Shown: positions 50,409 to 64,000 of the stretch, piece after piece
Position numbering within the stretch: position 1 is the first letter of the stretch
Layout of the letters: every line of letters starts with the position of its first letter
Notes under the pieces: generated by a model
The model's input: the letters and a program-made list of their open reading frames with translations, nothing else
The model's database searches: none
Told to the model about the DNA's origin: nothing
Assembly (NCBI GenBank): GCA_973895155.1
Contig: OZ316891.1
Coordinates: forward strand, 585,558-649,557
Reading direction: 5' to 3'
Length of the DNA: 64,000 bases
DNA from: Marsupella aquatica
Lineage: Eukaryota; Plantae; Marchantiophyta
Program-made: the position numbers and the translations under genes

Positions 50409-52264
50409 ACGCAAAAGCTTTCGTCTTTGAATAATTAAGCGAAGTGCCCGATTTTTTAGCTGCATCATATCAAGTACGCCCTCTTGTTGCCACTTTTTGT
50501 AAAATACGTCGTCTAGCAAAGACTCCCCTTCAGTTTGCTTGCCGAATGCAGCGCCCCCTTTTCTACTCAAGTTTCGTAGTGATTGTATCACTAACGAAAA
50601 CTCCTATCAGCTCACACACAATTATCTGCGCTCGATCCTACCCCGAGACACTGGGTGAAATGCAAAGAAAATCCACCATCCGATTCGAGCATCGTATTTC
50701 GAGCATCGTATGTTTAAGGTTTCAGCCACTCCGCTCGCGCCAAGTGCACGATACATCTTGGCACAGGGCTTGGCACTAATGTATGTTATCTTTCCTCGAC
50801 GTGCATGGATATAATGGGGCTATGACTTGTGTACTCCTTCATGTCAAAATAATGCCACTGATCAGGCTCAACGTTGGTCCAAGGGGAGTACGACACAAAA
50901 AATCTTGCACGTTTGTGGAAGAAAAGGGAAGTGGTGGATTGTCACTGGCTCGATCGGAAAGTAAACTGAGCTGACCACGAGAGTGAAGAGTAAGGACACT
51001 GAAAGAGCTCCCCGACTTGCCTTTGATTGATATCACTAAAGGTGAGAAGGAGGTAGATTGCAATTATTCCACACGGTAAGGAATTCGATAATATACATAC
51101 CGGTGCTGAGGACCTTGACGACCAGCCTTTAGTTGCGTCCTTCTAGCGATGACTCCCGTTCGACTCTCAACAACACACAAGTGGAAACGGTCAGGCCAGT
51201 GAGACTGCTCAAGAGATCTTCTGAACGTCCTTCGTCAGAATACAAGTTGCTCGGATGTCACCCAGATGGGCATTAGTGACCAAAACACCACACCACAACG
51301 TGCTAGGCAATATCTGTTAGGAACCATACGGGCAACCTCGTCTAGTCAAACACATTGAACACGGTCGGCTGCGCTCTAACTCCAGTATCGAACTAAAGAG
51401 GGATAACATGCAAGGCAATTGAAGTCCAGGCCACGTGCTCGAGAAAGGTTGCAAGAAAGTCCGAAGTAATTGAATGTGCCAAATCACATTAAGAGAGTAC
51501 ACCTCGAAAGAAAATCATGCAGCGGGCCCGGTAAAGTAAGAAAGTTTACAAAGGAATGCAAACATGCTTAAACAATAATATAAAAGCAAAACAGTATACG
51601 AGTCACTTTTTGAGCCGAGTCCGCTCATGTCCTCTGTTGGTTTGTCAAGTTCCGGCCACAGACTAGGAAAAGTATGCTCCTTTTTGTCTCAGATTGCCAA
51701 TTTAATTAGGCCTTGGATCCGGAACAGTCAAAACGGATTTCAAATTGTCGGCATGCTTGGAACCCAAGCAAGAAAATAAATGAGAAAGTGCTGACTTTTA
51801 TTTGTGATACTAAAGTTTCAAAAGAAGCGACGAAGGAGAGAGAAATAAGTAGCTGCGTCGGTTAGACCCACTAGCTAGCACCACTTTCCTGCGTCAAATT
51901 TTGTCAGCATGAACGAGAACTGAGGGCACACTAACCCAAACATCGGAGTCAAGACGAGCGGTGAAAATTGCCATTGTTCCTAAGCTCGATCTTGTCGCTG
52001 ACGCTTTGCACACAGAAGTGAATGATGTCAACGCAAGACGGGCAGCCGGAGAATAGTGAGAAGGTAAACATGGACGACCCAGGTATTAGAGGGAGACCAG
52101 CGAGACTGCCACAAAGTCATTGGACGACAGCAGCAGCAAAAAGAGCAGCAACAAACGTGCAACTTGATGATGGGCTGGTTGTGATTGGCTGCGCTCCGAG
52201 TCCAGTTTTCTAGAATTTAATAAGTACGGAAAAGCAACAGCCTCTTAAATACACTACCATGAGA

Positions 52265-52412
52265 GCTGCCATCCCCCATGCAGCTTGTTCCAAAACAAAA
52301 AGATATCCATGATGATGGTCATACGATTTGTGACATGTGCTGCCATCCCCAATGCAGCTTGTTCCCAACAAAAAGATTTCGATGATGATGGTCATACGAT
52401 TTGTGACATGTG
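52265..52412. repeat. ~72-bp tandem duplication just downstream of the ABCB28 stop (probable 3' UTR)
   Basis: gctgccatcccc.atgcagcttgttcc.aacaaaaagat...gatgatggtcatacgatttgtgacatgtgc occurs twice. Confidence 0.9.
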
Positions 52413-52533
52413 CATGCCCCAACAGCTCGGGAATGCTCCCGTCGTTAAATCAAGCAGACTGCTTTCAGAAAAATGCGAGAGCCGTAAATGCTCTTTAGAT
52501 CAATTGTAGGGAAAAGCGGCCACACTATATTAT

Positions 52534-55500
52534 TCACTCAATGGTTACCCTTTGGGTGTTTACAAGACTGGCATAAGTGCCAGCCTTGGACAGAAGTTCT
52601 AAATGAGTTCCTTTTTCCAAAACCGTGCCATCTCCGCATACCACAATCTGGTGTGCACTTTGAATAGTACTCAGTCTGTGGGCAATCACCAGAGTTGTCC
52701 GCCCCTGAAACATTCATATCAAAACCAATAATAGATTTCAATCGAACAGATAAGAAGAGATCACTAGGGACAAAGAATGTACGAACTTTACAAATACAAA
52801 AACGTATACAAGAACTGTTTCTCTCTGTACAACCGGGACAATAGCGACCACCAATCATGTAACTTCCACCCAGAGAAAGCGACCAAAGATATTCGGCAAA
52901 GCTTAAGGACAGGACATTGAGAACTTTGCGACTTAGAGCGAGGGTTTCCAGCAGGGGTTAGGGTTTAGGGTTTCCTTACCTTCATCAGAAGGTTGAGGGC
53001 ATCTTGTACAAGGCGTTCACTTACGCTGTCAAGTGCGCTCGTTGCCTGCATGTTCTTAAAGTCAATAAATGCAGTAGTCCTTTAAAATTGCAATATACTG
53101 AGGGCAACCAACAAGAAGCTCTCAAGAACTATTCTCAGTATGAATCCTCCCTCGATCATTCTCTCCGGCGCAATCGTAGACAAGTCCCAAGCAAAGGAGA
53201 ATCCAAAACCCAAACAGCAAACTACATATCCAAAGATTGGAAACTGCAGCAGTAAACAGGGCTGCAAATGAGCTTGCTGAAGAACAACTGAGGAGAAAAA
53301 ATCAAGCCTGGAAAGCCTTTCTTTTGTGCAATTTACAGGAATCTCCGATACGCTTTTGATGACTCTGAAGTCAGACTCACGCAAGAAATTTCAACGCAAG
53401 GGAACTGAGCAGTAGAAAGAAAAGTTACCTCGTCCAGAATGAGAATGGGAGCATCCTTTAAAAGAGCTCTCGCAATTGCAACTCGCTGTTAAAAGGCCAA
53501 ACACATCATCTGGGACATCAATCTACCGTTTTGGACTGTAACCTATATTGCTGACCCGGTTGTGAAAAAAGTATCCAAGAACCGAAAGTTAAGGAAAACC
53601 ATGTATTTCATCAATTTTCTGTTTGATGTATTGAAAACAAAATTTGATCAAAGGCCTCGTTTTATGTTCAAAGAAATAAAGATTACCTGACGTTGACCCC
53701 CACTTAGAAGACCACCACGCTCCCCCACTAATGTATCATAACCCTGTTTGTCAAGGAAACCATCGAACTGTTAGCATTGCACTGAACAATATACGATCTA
53801 AAATGGAACCAACAAACTCGAAGCCTCCTTTGAGAAGCAGCCCCAATTTGAGATTAAAAAACATCTAAAGATAAGTACGTTATCGAGCTTTCGATGGAGT
53901 AACCCTCACATCTTAGTATTTCTCCATAACTACATGTATTATATCACATACATCATATATAAGCATTGCTCGATGGTAACAAGTTCTGCTTCCCTTTCCA
54001 AGCGGGAGGCTAAATTAAGCAGGGGCGGAGGTGAAGGGAAGCATATGTAAGTAGAGGGCCTACAGATAGGTGGTCCACCTAAACTTTCAAGAACTTTTGT
54101 ACCTGAGGTAGGGCGTTAATGAAGTCATGAGCATTTGCAGCTTTCGCAGCCTCTATTATTTCGCTCTTGTCAACTTCTCTGTCAGGGGCACCGTAGGCAA
54201 CGTTTTCTCCAATTGACATGGCAAATAAGACGGGCTCCTACAATCCAATTTTACAAAAGATTGTTGGGCACAAAATCATCCAAACTTTCTTTTGCAACAG
54301 ATATGAAGGCATCCACTCGTGATGTTTAACTACAGCCAAATAAAACTATCGACATACCTGGTTTACGATCGACACCATGCGTGCCCATTCACTCTTATCA
54401 AACTTGCGAACATCTTCTCCAGCCAGAGTTATCCGCCCCTCAGTCGGCTGTAACACAAACAAAAAGAATATGAGGGGAAATGGAACTACAGGGTGTCCAT
54501 TCCTCACTGCCTAACGGAATAACATTGGTCATTGGACACACCTCATAGAAGCGTGCTAGCAACTGCACGATCGTGCTTTTTCCAGAACCACTTGAGCCAA
54601 CCAGAGCGGTTATTGTGCCATTTTTCAGCTGCATATTAACTCCTTTCAGCACTTCTGCATCTGGCCGGGATGGATAAGCAAAGTGTACATCTGCGCACAA
54701 TTGCACCAAGGGCACCTGAGCCTGGAATCCACTAAGCCTTGTGAGGGTTGGCAAGAAGTACATCATAAAACAATGAATGCTCCTCAGTAAATCTTTCCCA
54801 AAGCAATGCATTCTCTGATTGGTGGACCAAACTAATGGTAGTGAAGATTTGGTGTGAGGGAACCCTTCCGTTTGCTTGGTTTATCTACAATTTCATCGAT
54901 TTCTGTCAAAGAAAGACATCTCCAACCAATCATGCAATTTTGAAAATTCGAGTTTCACACAGTATTCAAGATTTACTTTCGAGAGAAACGTCTCCAGCCC
55001 ACGCTAAATCCTCCAGAGACCGTACAGGTATCTGCTGATTCTTGTGGGTCATTGCTTGCTTGATCTCTTCCCTACTCTTGTTCCCCACGGACCCATTTTT
55101 CTTTAGTGTCTCTTCTGTGATATCTAGCTCCAACCCGCGAGCAAGAGACTCGTCTACTTTTCCTGTTTTAATCACTGAGTTGATCCGTTCGGCAGCAGAA
55201 AACGCCCCACGAAGATCCGCCAGAGTGTTTACCAATCCTTGCATCTACAGACACAACAATGTAATGAGCAATGCTCTTGCCTAAAATATGAAGCCCTCGA
55301 GCTTCGAACTAAAACACGAAGCAGTGTCCGTTCTTCCGAAGCTTCTGCTATGGATCCACAACCCCTAAGAGATTAATTAAAAGGTTCTGATCCACATTTC
55401 TCGTTAAGTATCACTATTGAGCGCACGCAGCTCACAAAAAAATGGTTGAACTCAGACGTAAGGTTACGCTGAACTACCACCTGAACAAGAAATAGCAGTA

Positions 55501-58500
55501 TCAGTTCGAACTTTACTTCGGAAAAAGCGAGAGAAGAAGGTCAGTAACTTACTGCAAAAGTCAGAGTAAAAGTGTACCCAATAAACGAAACCATTCTCCC
55601 CACTGCTAGCTCTCCCTGTGACGCAAAACACACTAATCACTTCATCTGTAACACCACTCCAAACTCCTGCATGTCTTACTTTCTTAAAAGGTCACATATG
55701 ACTACCAACCTCAAAACCCATCTCCAAAAAACTCATGACAAATTCCTGGCAACATTGAATGGAGGAGAACAGGCGCAATATAACTGGAGTACAGTTGCAT
55801 CAGCAACGGTTGAGCTCAATCTGCGATCAATCTGACAGAATTACTGGACCAGCCTGACCTTCATATTCCAAATCAAATGGACAACAAGTCGGAAATAGAA
55901 TCAAGTCAAAAAAGCCTCACCGATTTCACTTTCATCCCTCCCAGAATGTACAATGCCATGAGAGCTACGTATATAACCATTCTCGTCCATGATTCATTTG
56001 CAGCTTTGAGCCAACCTAACTTGTTACCGCTTTCTTGATAAGCAAGCACCTGCGCCACTTGCAACACTAACCCCGGTCACCATACATGTAGAAGGCCCAC
56101 ATTGCTTCCAGGAGACAGTAATGAATATAACGAGTATTCCTAGAAAAACAAGACAGAGCAGAGATGCCCCAGATCATGATGGTGCTTAAGCACCGTCTCT
56201 TTGGTTTAAAATGCTGAATCGAGAGAACTACTCTGATTTTGAGAAGGTTCCCCATTGCAGGTACCTGTTTTTCAAACATTGAAGTTTGTCGCCTTTCACC
56301 ACCAAAAGACCTAACCTGCTCAAAGATGGTGAATTTCAAATCAGCTTAGACACAGACCATCAACTCACATGCGACTCAATGCATACAAGATAGCAAAAAT
56401 CAACGACTCCTGACTCCTCAAATTCTTTCCTCTACTCGTATCTCTACTATGAAAATCGACATCGAGATACTCCTTCTATGCAAGGGCATATGACTCTCAC
56501 GGTTCTTATAGAAGAAAATGTTTCACTAGCACAATCGCTAATTCGTGCCATCGACATGCCATGTGCCTTGAACACAGGCATTGTTGTGCGCTTATACACC
56601 GCTGAAGTTAAGCCCCACAAAACATCAACAAGGATTGTATGAAAATATGAATAAAACAGAAAAAGGATCCTAGAAAAAGAGCTCTTTCACATTTAGACGT
56701 AAGAATAAGATTCTTTACATGCGTCCTACATTACAGCTGAAGGGCTCATCAACCAATATTTTCTTTAACTGCAGCTGTATAAGCGGATCGGCGGGGCTCA
56801 ACCATTACACTTCGGCAATTAAAAGCGTATCGGTTGTATTTCTAGTATATCGAATATTTTACCACAAGACTGAACTCAAGCGTATTTGAAAAGCCTTGGA
56901 ACCGAAAGACATAGGGCAATTCGAATTTTCTTACCAACAAGACCTGAGATAGAGAGCATGAGGATACTCATGACTGGAGCAAGCTGAGGTGAGAGGACAA
57001 ACAGAATTACGATTACTCCAAGAACCTGCTCCAACCACGCCATGAGCCATGAGAACGACCTCTACAACACACTTGAAAATCTCAATCTAAGGACGTAGAC
57101 TTCAAAGCGGTCAAAACCCTGATTGTGAGACAGAATGTCTGGCAAAACCACTAAGCCACTTCGACCAAATCTGGAGGGTAAGCGTGAAAATTCTCCATTC
57201 CCGAAATCTATCCATTTCCGGGATCAACTCGTACCTCAGACAAAGAACGGAATCCACGGTCTCTGGCAACATTCTCGGTGACGATGTTCTTGATTGCACC
57301 AAGGTCCGAGGACAGGAGCGATGTAAGTTCCCCTACCTACACAACCACATAAACATAAAGCTCTCCACTGGATATTAATTTGTCTCATGTGTGAATAACA
57401 TGTAAGCATCCTATGCTCGACTTCCCCTTTCGATAGACTCAAGGTACAAACAAAGAAATGCAATTAGCCAAACATTTCAACATCTATAGTCAGTCAGAGG
57501 AGAATGAAGAGCGGCGGTATACTCGGCATACCTTGTGCTCGTCAAAAAACTCCACCTGCACCCAGGCAAGTGCTCCACATAAACACTTGGATCTTGTGAC
57601 TGCTACAGATGATACTGTTTACAGCAAAAGAAATGTATGAATGACTGTATGACTGTATGACTGTATGACTGTATGACAAAACTTACTGAACCATTACGCC
57701 CAATATATTAAATGCTCATGACGAACAAAGTACTTCACCACGGAGAGGACAAGGCTACCGTCCAATAGCTAAGCTTGGACAGGAGAACTGAACATTAATT
57801 CATTCTCACTTTTCCTCATGGAGAGACTCTTGATTAGTCTCTGAGGAAGTTTAACGTTTTCTTTGCGCATCCGTCACTAATACTATACCAATCAGATATC
57901 CGACTCTGTTTGACATTACAATATCTCATAAGTTTTCATTCCCCAGTAAGTGTCTCGGAAACAATTGCTAATTTCATGCTACAATTGTACGAACTGCCCA
58001 CTACAGCAGTGAGAGCCATTTCTTAGAACTGTTTTCTAATATGCCCAAAATATCTGTCAATTTAGGAACGATTTGGCCAAAGCTCCTAGTTGAGGCAGAC
58101 AGAATTGAATTGGGGAATTGGACAAGGACTGTCAAAGAGAGGATTACTGAGTTTCAGAATTTGTCGACCTGATAATAGAAAGAGAATGAGGTAATACTTT
58201 TTAACCTTAGGGAAAAAGAACGAACGCAATAAGAAAAGAATATACCTTTTGAATGAGCACACGCTGAAAGACACGGAAGCGTAATTCCTTCATTACTTTC
58301 TCCCAAATGTTGATCATGTTGGTCACGAACAATACAGTGAAAAACGGCTCCATCACGTACACTAGACACAATTTCGCTAGCAGATTCCCCAAAGGTTGCT
58401 TGCGAACTCCTATCAATGTCTCAAAAAATCGCCCTGGAGAGAGCCACTCACAGATGCACATCTCTTGTTATCAGCATCGAAGGCCAAAAACTCTGTACGA

Positions 58501-59946
58501 GTTTTGATCGATTACAGTGATATTACACTAGTGCCAATTGTAAGGCTGTTAACCAAGATTGATGATCCTACTGCATTGGGCCGTGGCTAACTTCAGGAAT
58601 TAGAATTTAAGCTGACAGCATTGAAATGGTCCGTGGTTGACTCAAATTAATCTCCCAACACAAATCTCCTTCTCGGATGAATGTGAAACCCAGGAACCAA
58701 AACCAAAACCAAAACCCACAACAATGAAAGGGTGTACTGCCAAATGAGATCACTCCGCACATGCAAAATCCAGCCACGGCTCTTCCTAAAACAAATACCC
58801 GAAATTAAGACCCAGACTATTGAATTAGTCCTACCGCTCATTAAGATTGCTCTACAGTTGTCAAATGACTTTCCTTGCTCTTTGTTGCAGTCACCCAGAA
58901 ATCGAAAATGAAACACAAAATTGGAATGTTTTTCCCGTTCATTGAGACCGCTCTTCGAGACTTTGAAATGCGCTTCTTTGTGACTGTCCCCAGAAACTGA
59001 TTTTAAGTTCAGTAAATCGAAAGGCCTTGAGTTCTTTTGGAGCACTATCCTATCATTCAAACTCCCTTCAATCTTTGTTTACCCAGCCATGCCCTTCGAT
59101 TCTGTGTTGCCTATACAGGCGCTGGGCACTCATACTGGCACTCCAGTGACAAGAAGGTGACCGACGGAACTAGACACTCGACAGAAGTCACAAAAACATT
59201 ACACACACAGATGCTTCAAAAAACCTTCCCCAATGGTTCCGGAAAAGCTCAACAGTGACATTGAAGTCTACAAAGAATATGGCCTCCCAAATAAAATTAG
59301 AGTGCATACCGGAAAAAATGGGCATGCTGAGGGTACAACAAGTGCCGGCGACAAGGCTAGCAAAGACAATACAAAGACTTTTCTTTTCCTCGAAAACGAG
59401 ACGTCTCACGAGGCGACCGTTGATTAGATCTTCTCTCTCGGGAGGCTCTAGATCCTCCTGTAGCCTCCTCAATATCTCTTCCTCCGTTTCAGAACCTCGG
59501 TAGTATCCTGCTTCAGCTGGAGCTCCCGGGGGAGAGATGTAAGCTGCTCTTATCACCCTCCGCTTACTTCTCTGCACCCACAGTCCAGCTCCCCTTAAAC
59601 CTTCAACCCCCCGGCTGAATCTACCTACTGAGCCGACCCTCCAGTGGGCACCATGTCCAGCCCGAATCTGGGGGTGAGAGAATTCGACAGAAGAGCCATC
59701 CCTACTTGAATTAGAGCTCAATGGCGCTGCAAATTCGTTACTAGCTCGGGAGCGTCGAAAATGAGGCAGCTGGGGAAAGGCACAATTTCCACACAGGCTG
59801 CAGCAATTTTGTGATCTATTGCGGATGTTAGTGCGCTGAGGAAATGACTCCACTCCAGAACAAGAACTAGAGCTACAGTAGGGCGGTGAGCGCGAGGATG
59901 CCTGCCCCACTGTCCTCGAGAAGGTGCTGCAGCTGAGAGTCGCCAT
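52534..59946 (-). CDS. ABCB28: ABC transporter B family member 28-like half transporter with transit peptide, ~17 exons
   Basis: Exons approx. 59946-59310, 58433-58246, 57553-57530 (24-nt VEFFDEHK), 57335-57234, 57026-56936, 56601-56501, 56314-56264, 56049-55921, 55615-55553, 55244-54977, 54690-54542, 54447-54358, 54237-54103, 53743-53687, 53486-53430, 53046-52980, 52704-52534. Walker [11 protein letters not shown]-loop VNQEPVLF, LSGGQRQR, ILILDEATSALD, IAHRLST, ending [13 protein letters not shown] like plant ABCB28. Confidence 0.93.
57641..57677. repeat. (ATGACTGT)n micro/minisatellite in an ABCB28 intron
   Basis: About 4.5 perfect 8-bp copies. Confidence 0.9.
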
Positions 59947-60933
59947 TATTTCCCCTCAAGCTGTGACAATCAATAAATTGATGTCCGTCTCAACCGAATT
60001 GCTAACTCCTCACACAGTTTCTGAGCTGCCTCCCTCCACCACAATGGGCACACTCATCTCCAGTCTCTGCCCCCAGATGTTCACGGAATGCCAATAATTC
60101 TCCTCAAACTGAAACCGCCAACTGTGGACTACTTTAAAGGGTGCCTGCCTTGCACATACACATTGCCAACCCAGGAGTGAATTGTCACTTGATTCTACAG
60201 GAGAATGCCTCCTCGGGTACTTTAAGCTACCGTGCACGCTGCTGCACGCCACAGCAATCTGCTGACCAGACACCAGGCACCTCTCCCTGGCCCACTCTCT
60301 ATCTCCTCCAAATGTGGATTCTATCAACAGTCGGCAAGGGATCCAATCCCGGATATGGAGTGTCAAGGAGGAGTCCAATCTTCCAAATCCAGTAAAGAGA
60401 GACTTGTAGCAAGTGGCAATGCTTTGCAGCACTGGACCGTCAATCATTCCATTGTGGCTGTGTTTCCATCCAATAATGTATCTTACTTTGGATGTCCTGG
60501 AAAATCTTCTGACCAGGGAGTTACAACAGTGACATTCCCGGTTTGCGGAAAATAATTGATTATTATAAGTTTTGGCTCCATTGGCAATATTTTGGGGTCC
60601 TTCTTAAACCTGGAAAGAGCTCTTTGTTAATGTTAAGAATATTCTAAGCATAGTGGTGCATGTATGTTATTCTTAAAATTAATTTTTAAAATGGGAGGAT
60701 CATGATTTGGCCTTCTACTAGTTACTGAAAAAATTAATGTTGCGCACAGGTATTGTGTGAAGTGAGATGTCACTAAGGTATCCTTGCTACCTTTTAGGGT
60801 CATGACCAGATCAGCAATTTTCTTAACATTATTGTTGGCTAAAAGGGAAAGCCACATTAAAATCTAGTTTTGACACTTTTCCATAGAGGTCTTTCAGAAA
60901 TCCCAGAGTATACTATCTTCTTCCGCACCAGAC

Positions 60934-63520
60934 CCTGTCTAAGGGGATACTATGTTCTTACTCACCATATAGCATTGTCATTCTGGAACATGTTTCATTA
61001 CGGACCCCACTAGAGGTCCTTTCCAAAATTCCTGGCACCACAGCGTGCCACATCAACAACAACTGCAATAAACAAGACTTGTCGTTTTTGTGAATCAAAC
61101 TTATAGTTTTCATTCGTGTTTGTGTCAATTTGGGTGTAAATTTTGGGACACCGTGCCGTAAAAAGAAAAGTAAAAACATTGAAAATGCAAAGAGCAAGAC
61201 GGTTAAAACTGTCACTATGTAACCGTTTTAGTTACATTTCCAATTTTAAAACTTAAATTCAAAGATTTATAAAAAGTATTTTTCATATAATAAATAATAA
61301 ATAATGACTAATAACTAACTTGATAACTTCCTTGTTAAACCGCAACTCCCGGTATGTAAAGACCTCTCGTATTGTACGGCCATTAATGCTGGGAAGAGCA
61401 CATAGAATCTCAGGATAGGGGAGGAGGAATGGCTGGAATCTTGAAAGTTCATCGAATTTTATACTCAAAACTATTTACTCATTCTCAAAACAAAAAATAC
61501 CCAGTCGTAGATCTCATTGAGATCTTTCTTTTGCACCCTAGATCGCCTTCTAACATGGATGAATAAGATTTCTAGAGGCATTACAAAATGGACGGGAAAA
61601 ATCGTAAAATCAACAAATCGACGGCTATGAAGGCTTGGATTTGTTTAATTTTTCATTTGAAAAATATTAACCCATTTGAAAAACGGACAGAACCCATCCA
61701 TAGATCTATTTGAGATCTTTCTTTTGAGCCATAGATTGGCCAGTATGATGGACGGACGAGATTTCCGGAGATAAGAAATGGAGACGGCTTAGATCGACTT
61801 TTCCCCCTGATTTTATTAGCCAAGGGGTCCACGAACTAATTTTTTGTCTTTTAAGCAATATGTAGGTGATCTATTTTTTGTGGCTATTGCATATTTGGTA
61901 GATCTTCCCCCAAACACAATGCCATGGCCTTCTATCTGAATAGTGGGCCATGGGGAATTCTATTTGAATGGGCATTCTATTCGAATAGCGTGCCCAGGGC
62001 ATTGTATTCAAATTTTGACTATGTGTTTTGTGTCTCAATGCTCTCTAGATATCTGAGTTTTAGTGGAGTGTTGTTGCTATAAACCACTCAAATCTTGTTA
62101 CATGTGTATGGTAAACCCCTTTCACATGGCATTCTCCTGGATAGAGAGGTATGCCTTGGGCAAGAAGGATAAATCCATTAAAGGTGCTTTTTTAGGGACA
62201 TTGCCCTCATGAAAAGACTTGAGGGTGGTTGTGCTGGGACACTGCCCTTGTGACAAGACTTTAAGTATATAGTGAAGTCCAGTTTACAAGGCATTGTGGG
62301 ATATAGTGCCTTGACAAACAAGAGCTTCAAATGCGTAAGAGATTTTTAATTACGGACCCCCATTAGAGGTCCTTTCCAAAATTCCTGCCTCCACAGCGCA
62401 CCACATCATCATGGCACGCCACAAACAGGAAGGGACTTGTTTTTGGATAAAATTAACTTTTGCATTTGTGTTTGTGGCAACTTTGGTGTAAAAATTGGGA
62501 CGCCATGCCATAAAAAAGAATGTAAAAAATTTGAAATGTAAATCAAGACACAAAAAGATTGAGGTAAAACTGCTCCCAGTAACAGTTTTATTTACATTTT
62601 GATTTTATTCAAAACATAACATTTTCCCGACAACAATTTTTGATTTCACATTGTTGAGTCATATCATAATGAAAATTCACGTATAATATGACGTTGAAAA
62701 GATCTTGAAGAGACGGCCCTGATGAGCTCAACATTGTCATCATCCGATAAGAATTGAGTAAGTAATTTGAAAAATATATTTTACCCGTGATTCGTAATCT
62801 CTAATGTGAATAGAAATCTTTGTTGTACAAGCCCTGAAATGTTGACCCCTTCCATGAGAATGAACCTGAAATTGATAGATTTTATCAAGTACCAAGGAGA
62901 TTATGAATTTTAGAATTTTTAAAACTTTTTAATGAACTTCACATTGATAGATTGAGTTGAGTTCTAAGGAGATTATAAGAGTCCAATATTCTCTAGCTTT
63001 CTAATGAGTGTGACATTGGGGGATTTTATCAAGTACTAAAGTGGTCATGAGTTTCTAAATTTCTCTAGCTTTTGATCAATTTTGAATTCCACAATTGGAA
63101 ATTTGTTCCATGAAACTTTTGTCTTAAACAATCATGTGAAGTTAGTGATTGGATGACACCGATGACTTCTCTCTCTTCGTCAATCTGTGTGTAGGAATTG
63201 AAAATTGATTACTTTCGATGCAACTTGAGTGCATCCAGCATCCCTTTGGTATCGTGGAGGAAACCACCGAGCACCATTTTGCTGAAGTGGACAATTAAGC
63301 TACCCACACATTAAACAATAGTTCACATTGCATCTGGTTTTGTGATTGGTGTTAATAATGGTTGCCTTGGTAAATTTGTTTACTTTTTCAAGTGTCAAAC
63401 ATTGACTTGTCTTTTTTTGAATTTATTTTCTTTAGATTTGGAGGTCCATCTAGGCTTCAATTTCTAGATAACTAGTTCTAAAATAACATGAGGGTCCACG
63501 GATTAATTTTACTAATATTC
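60934..63520. mobile_element. Putative non-autonomous DNA transposon(s) with an internal ~260-bp direct repeat
   Basis: 60997-61260 is repeated, diverged, at 62349-62610 (attacggacccc..tagaggtcctttccaaaattcctg.c.ccacagcg..ccacatca). Repeated agatct...tgagatctttcttttg (61509, 61703) and gggtccacg.a.taatttt (61825, 63492). AT-rich, with no credible ORF. The boundaries are uncertain. Confidence 0.5.
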
Positions 63521-63940
63521 ATAAATTTAGAAGAATCTTCTTAATGAATTGATCCAAATTGTGACTGAGTATTAGTGTCCAATAATGCCCTCAAAATTAC
63601 AAAGAGAAAAATGACCAAGGGCATTAAGGTGCTTGGAACTTGATTCAAATTCTTCTTATAATTACATTTTTGGGGAATGTTTGGTAGACGAAAATCTGCC
63701 AAAGCAATTGCCTTGAATGCCATGTCAGATGTCTGAACTGCAAAATACACATCTGGGGAGGGCTGTAAGAACAGTCTTTTGTGTCTCGCTAGGACTTTCG
63801 ATATCCCCGTTTTAAGGAAAAATGCAAGCAAAAAATCTTGGGAGGACTCTAAGAATAGTCGTTTTTGTCTCAGGAGATCTCGGATGGCAAAACATTATGT
63901 GCAGCTGTCGCATTGTATGTTGTTCAATCCTTACACCCGG

Positions 63941-63951
63941 AACCCTAAACC
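63941..63951. promoter_or_regulatory. Telo-box-like motif, possibly the promoter of a gene beyond the window
   Basis: aaccctaaacc at the transition from AT-rich to GC/CT-rich sequence. A similar ttagggttt precedes the TTI2-like gene (~510). Confidence 0.3.
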
Positions 63952-64000
63952 AGCTGCTGCTGCTAGCCCTGTCCTCCAGTCTCCGCTGCAAAGATGATTC

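Noticed and set aside
59212-59229. In-frame GRFFE in ABCB28 intron 1 mirroring the start of exon 2 (GRFFET)
   Set aside because: Only ~15 nt with several mismatches and no acceptor. Cannot be distinguished from coincidence.

Overview
Eukaryotic, intron-containing land-plant DNA, most likely a bryophyte and probably a complex thalloid liverwort (inferred from gene content, GT-AG introns and protein divergence; not provable here). Six intact genes were reconstructed by hand: a TTI2/At2g39910-like HEAT protein with an extra N-terminal HEAT region (677-5148,+), an organellar cysteinyl-tRNA synthetase (8802-12385,+), an Mpo1/DUF962 protein with a long transit-peptide-like extension (13910-15565,-), an intronless 2012-aa nuclear pore protein GP210 (18289-24327,+), a class II RSL bHLH factor (29694-32900,-) and the ABC half-transporter ABCB28 (52534-59946,-). 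The ~35-52 kb interval is gene-poor. It holds a 3'-truncated Copia element facing a related solo LTR, MITEs, a decayed ORF that may be a WRKY/GCM1-type transposase, and a rearranged 25S rRNA pseudogene. No CRISPR, tRNA or prokaryotic system was seen. The best candidates for a second look are the intronless GP210, the possible Cnd1-like/TTI2 fusion, a triplicated structured ~140-bp unit downstream of the RSL gene, and a duplicated pseudo-exon in CysRS. Family assignments come from recalled motifs, not database searches.
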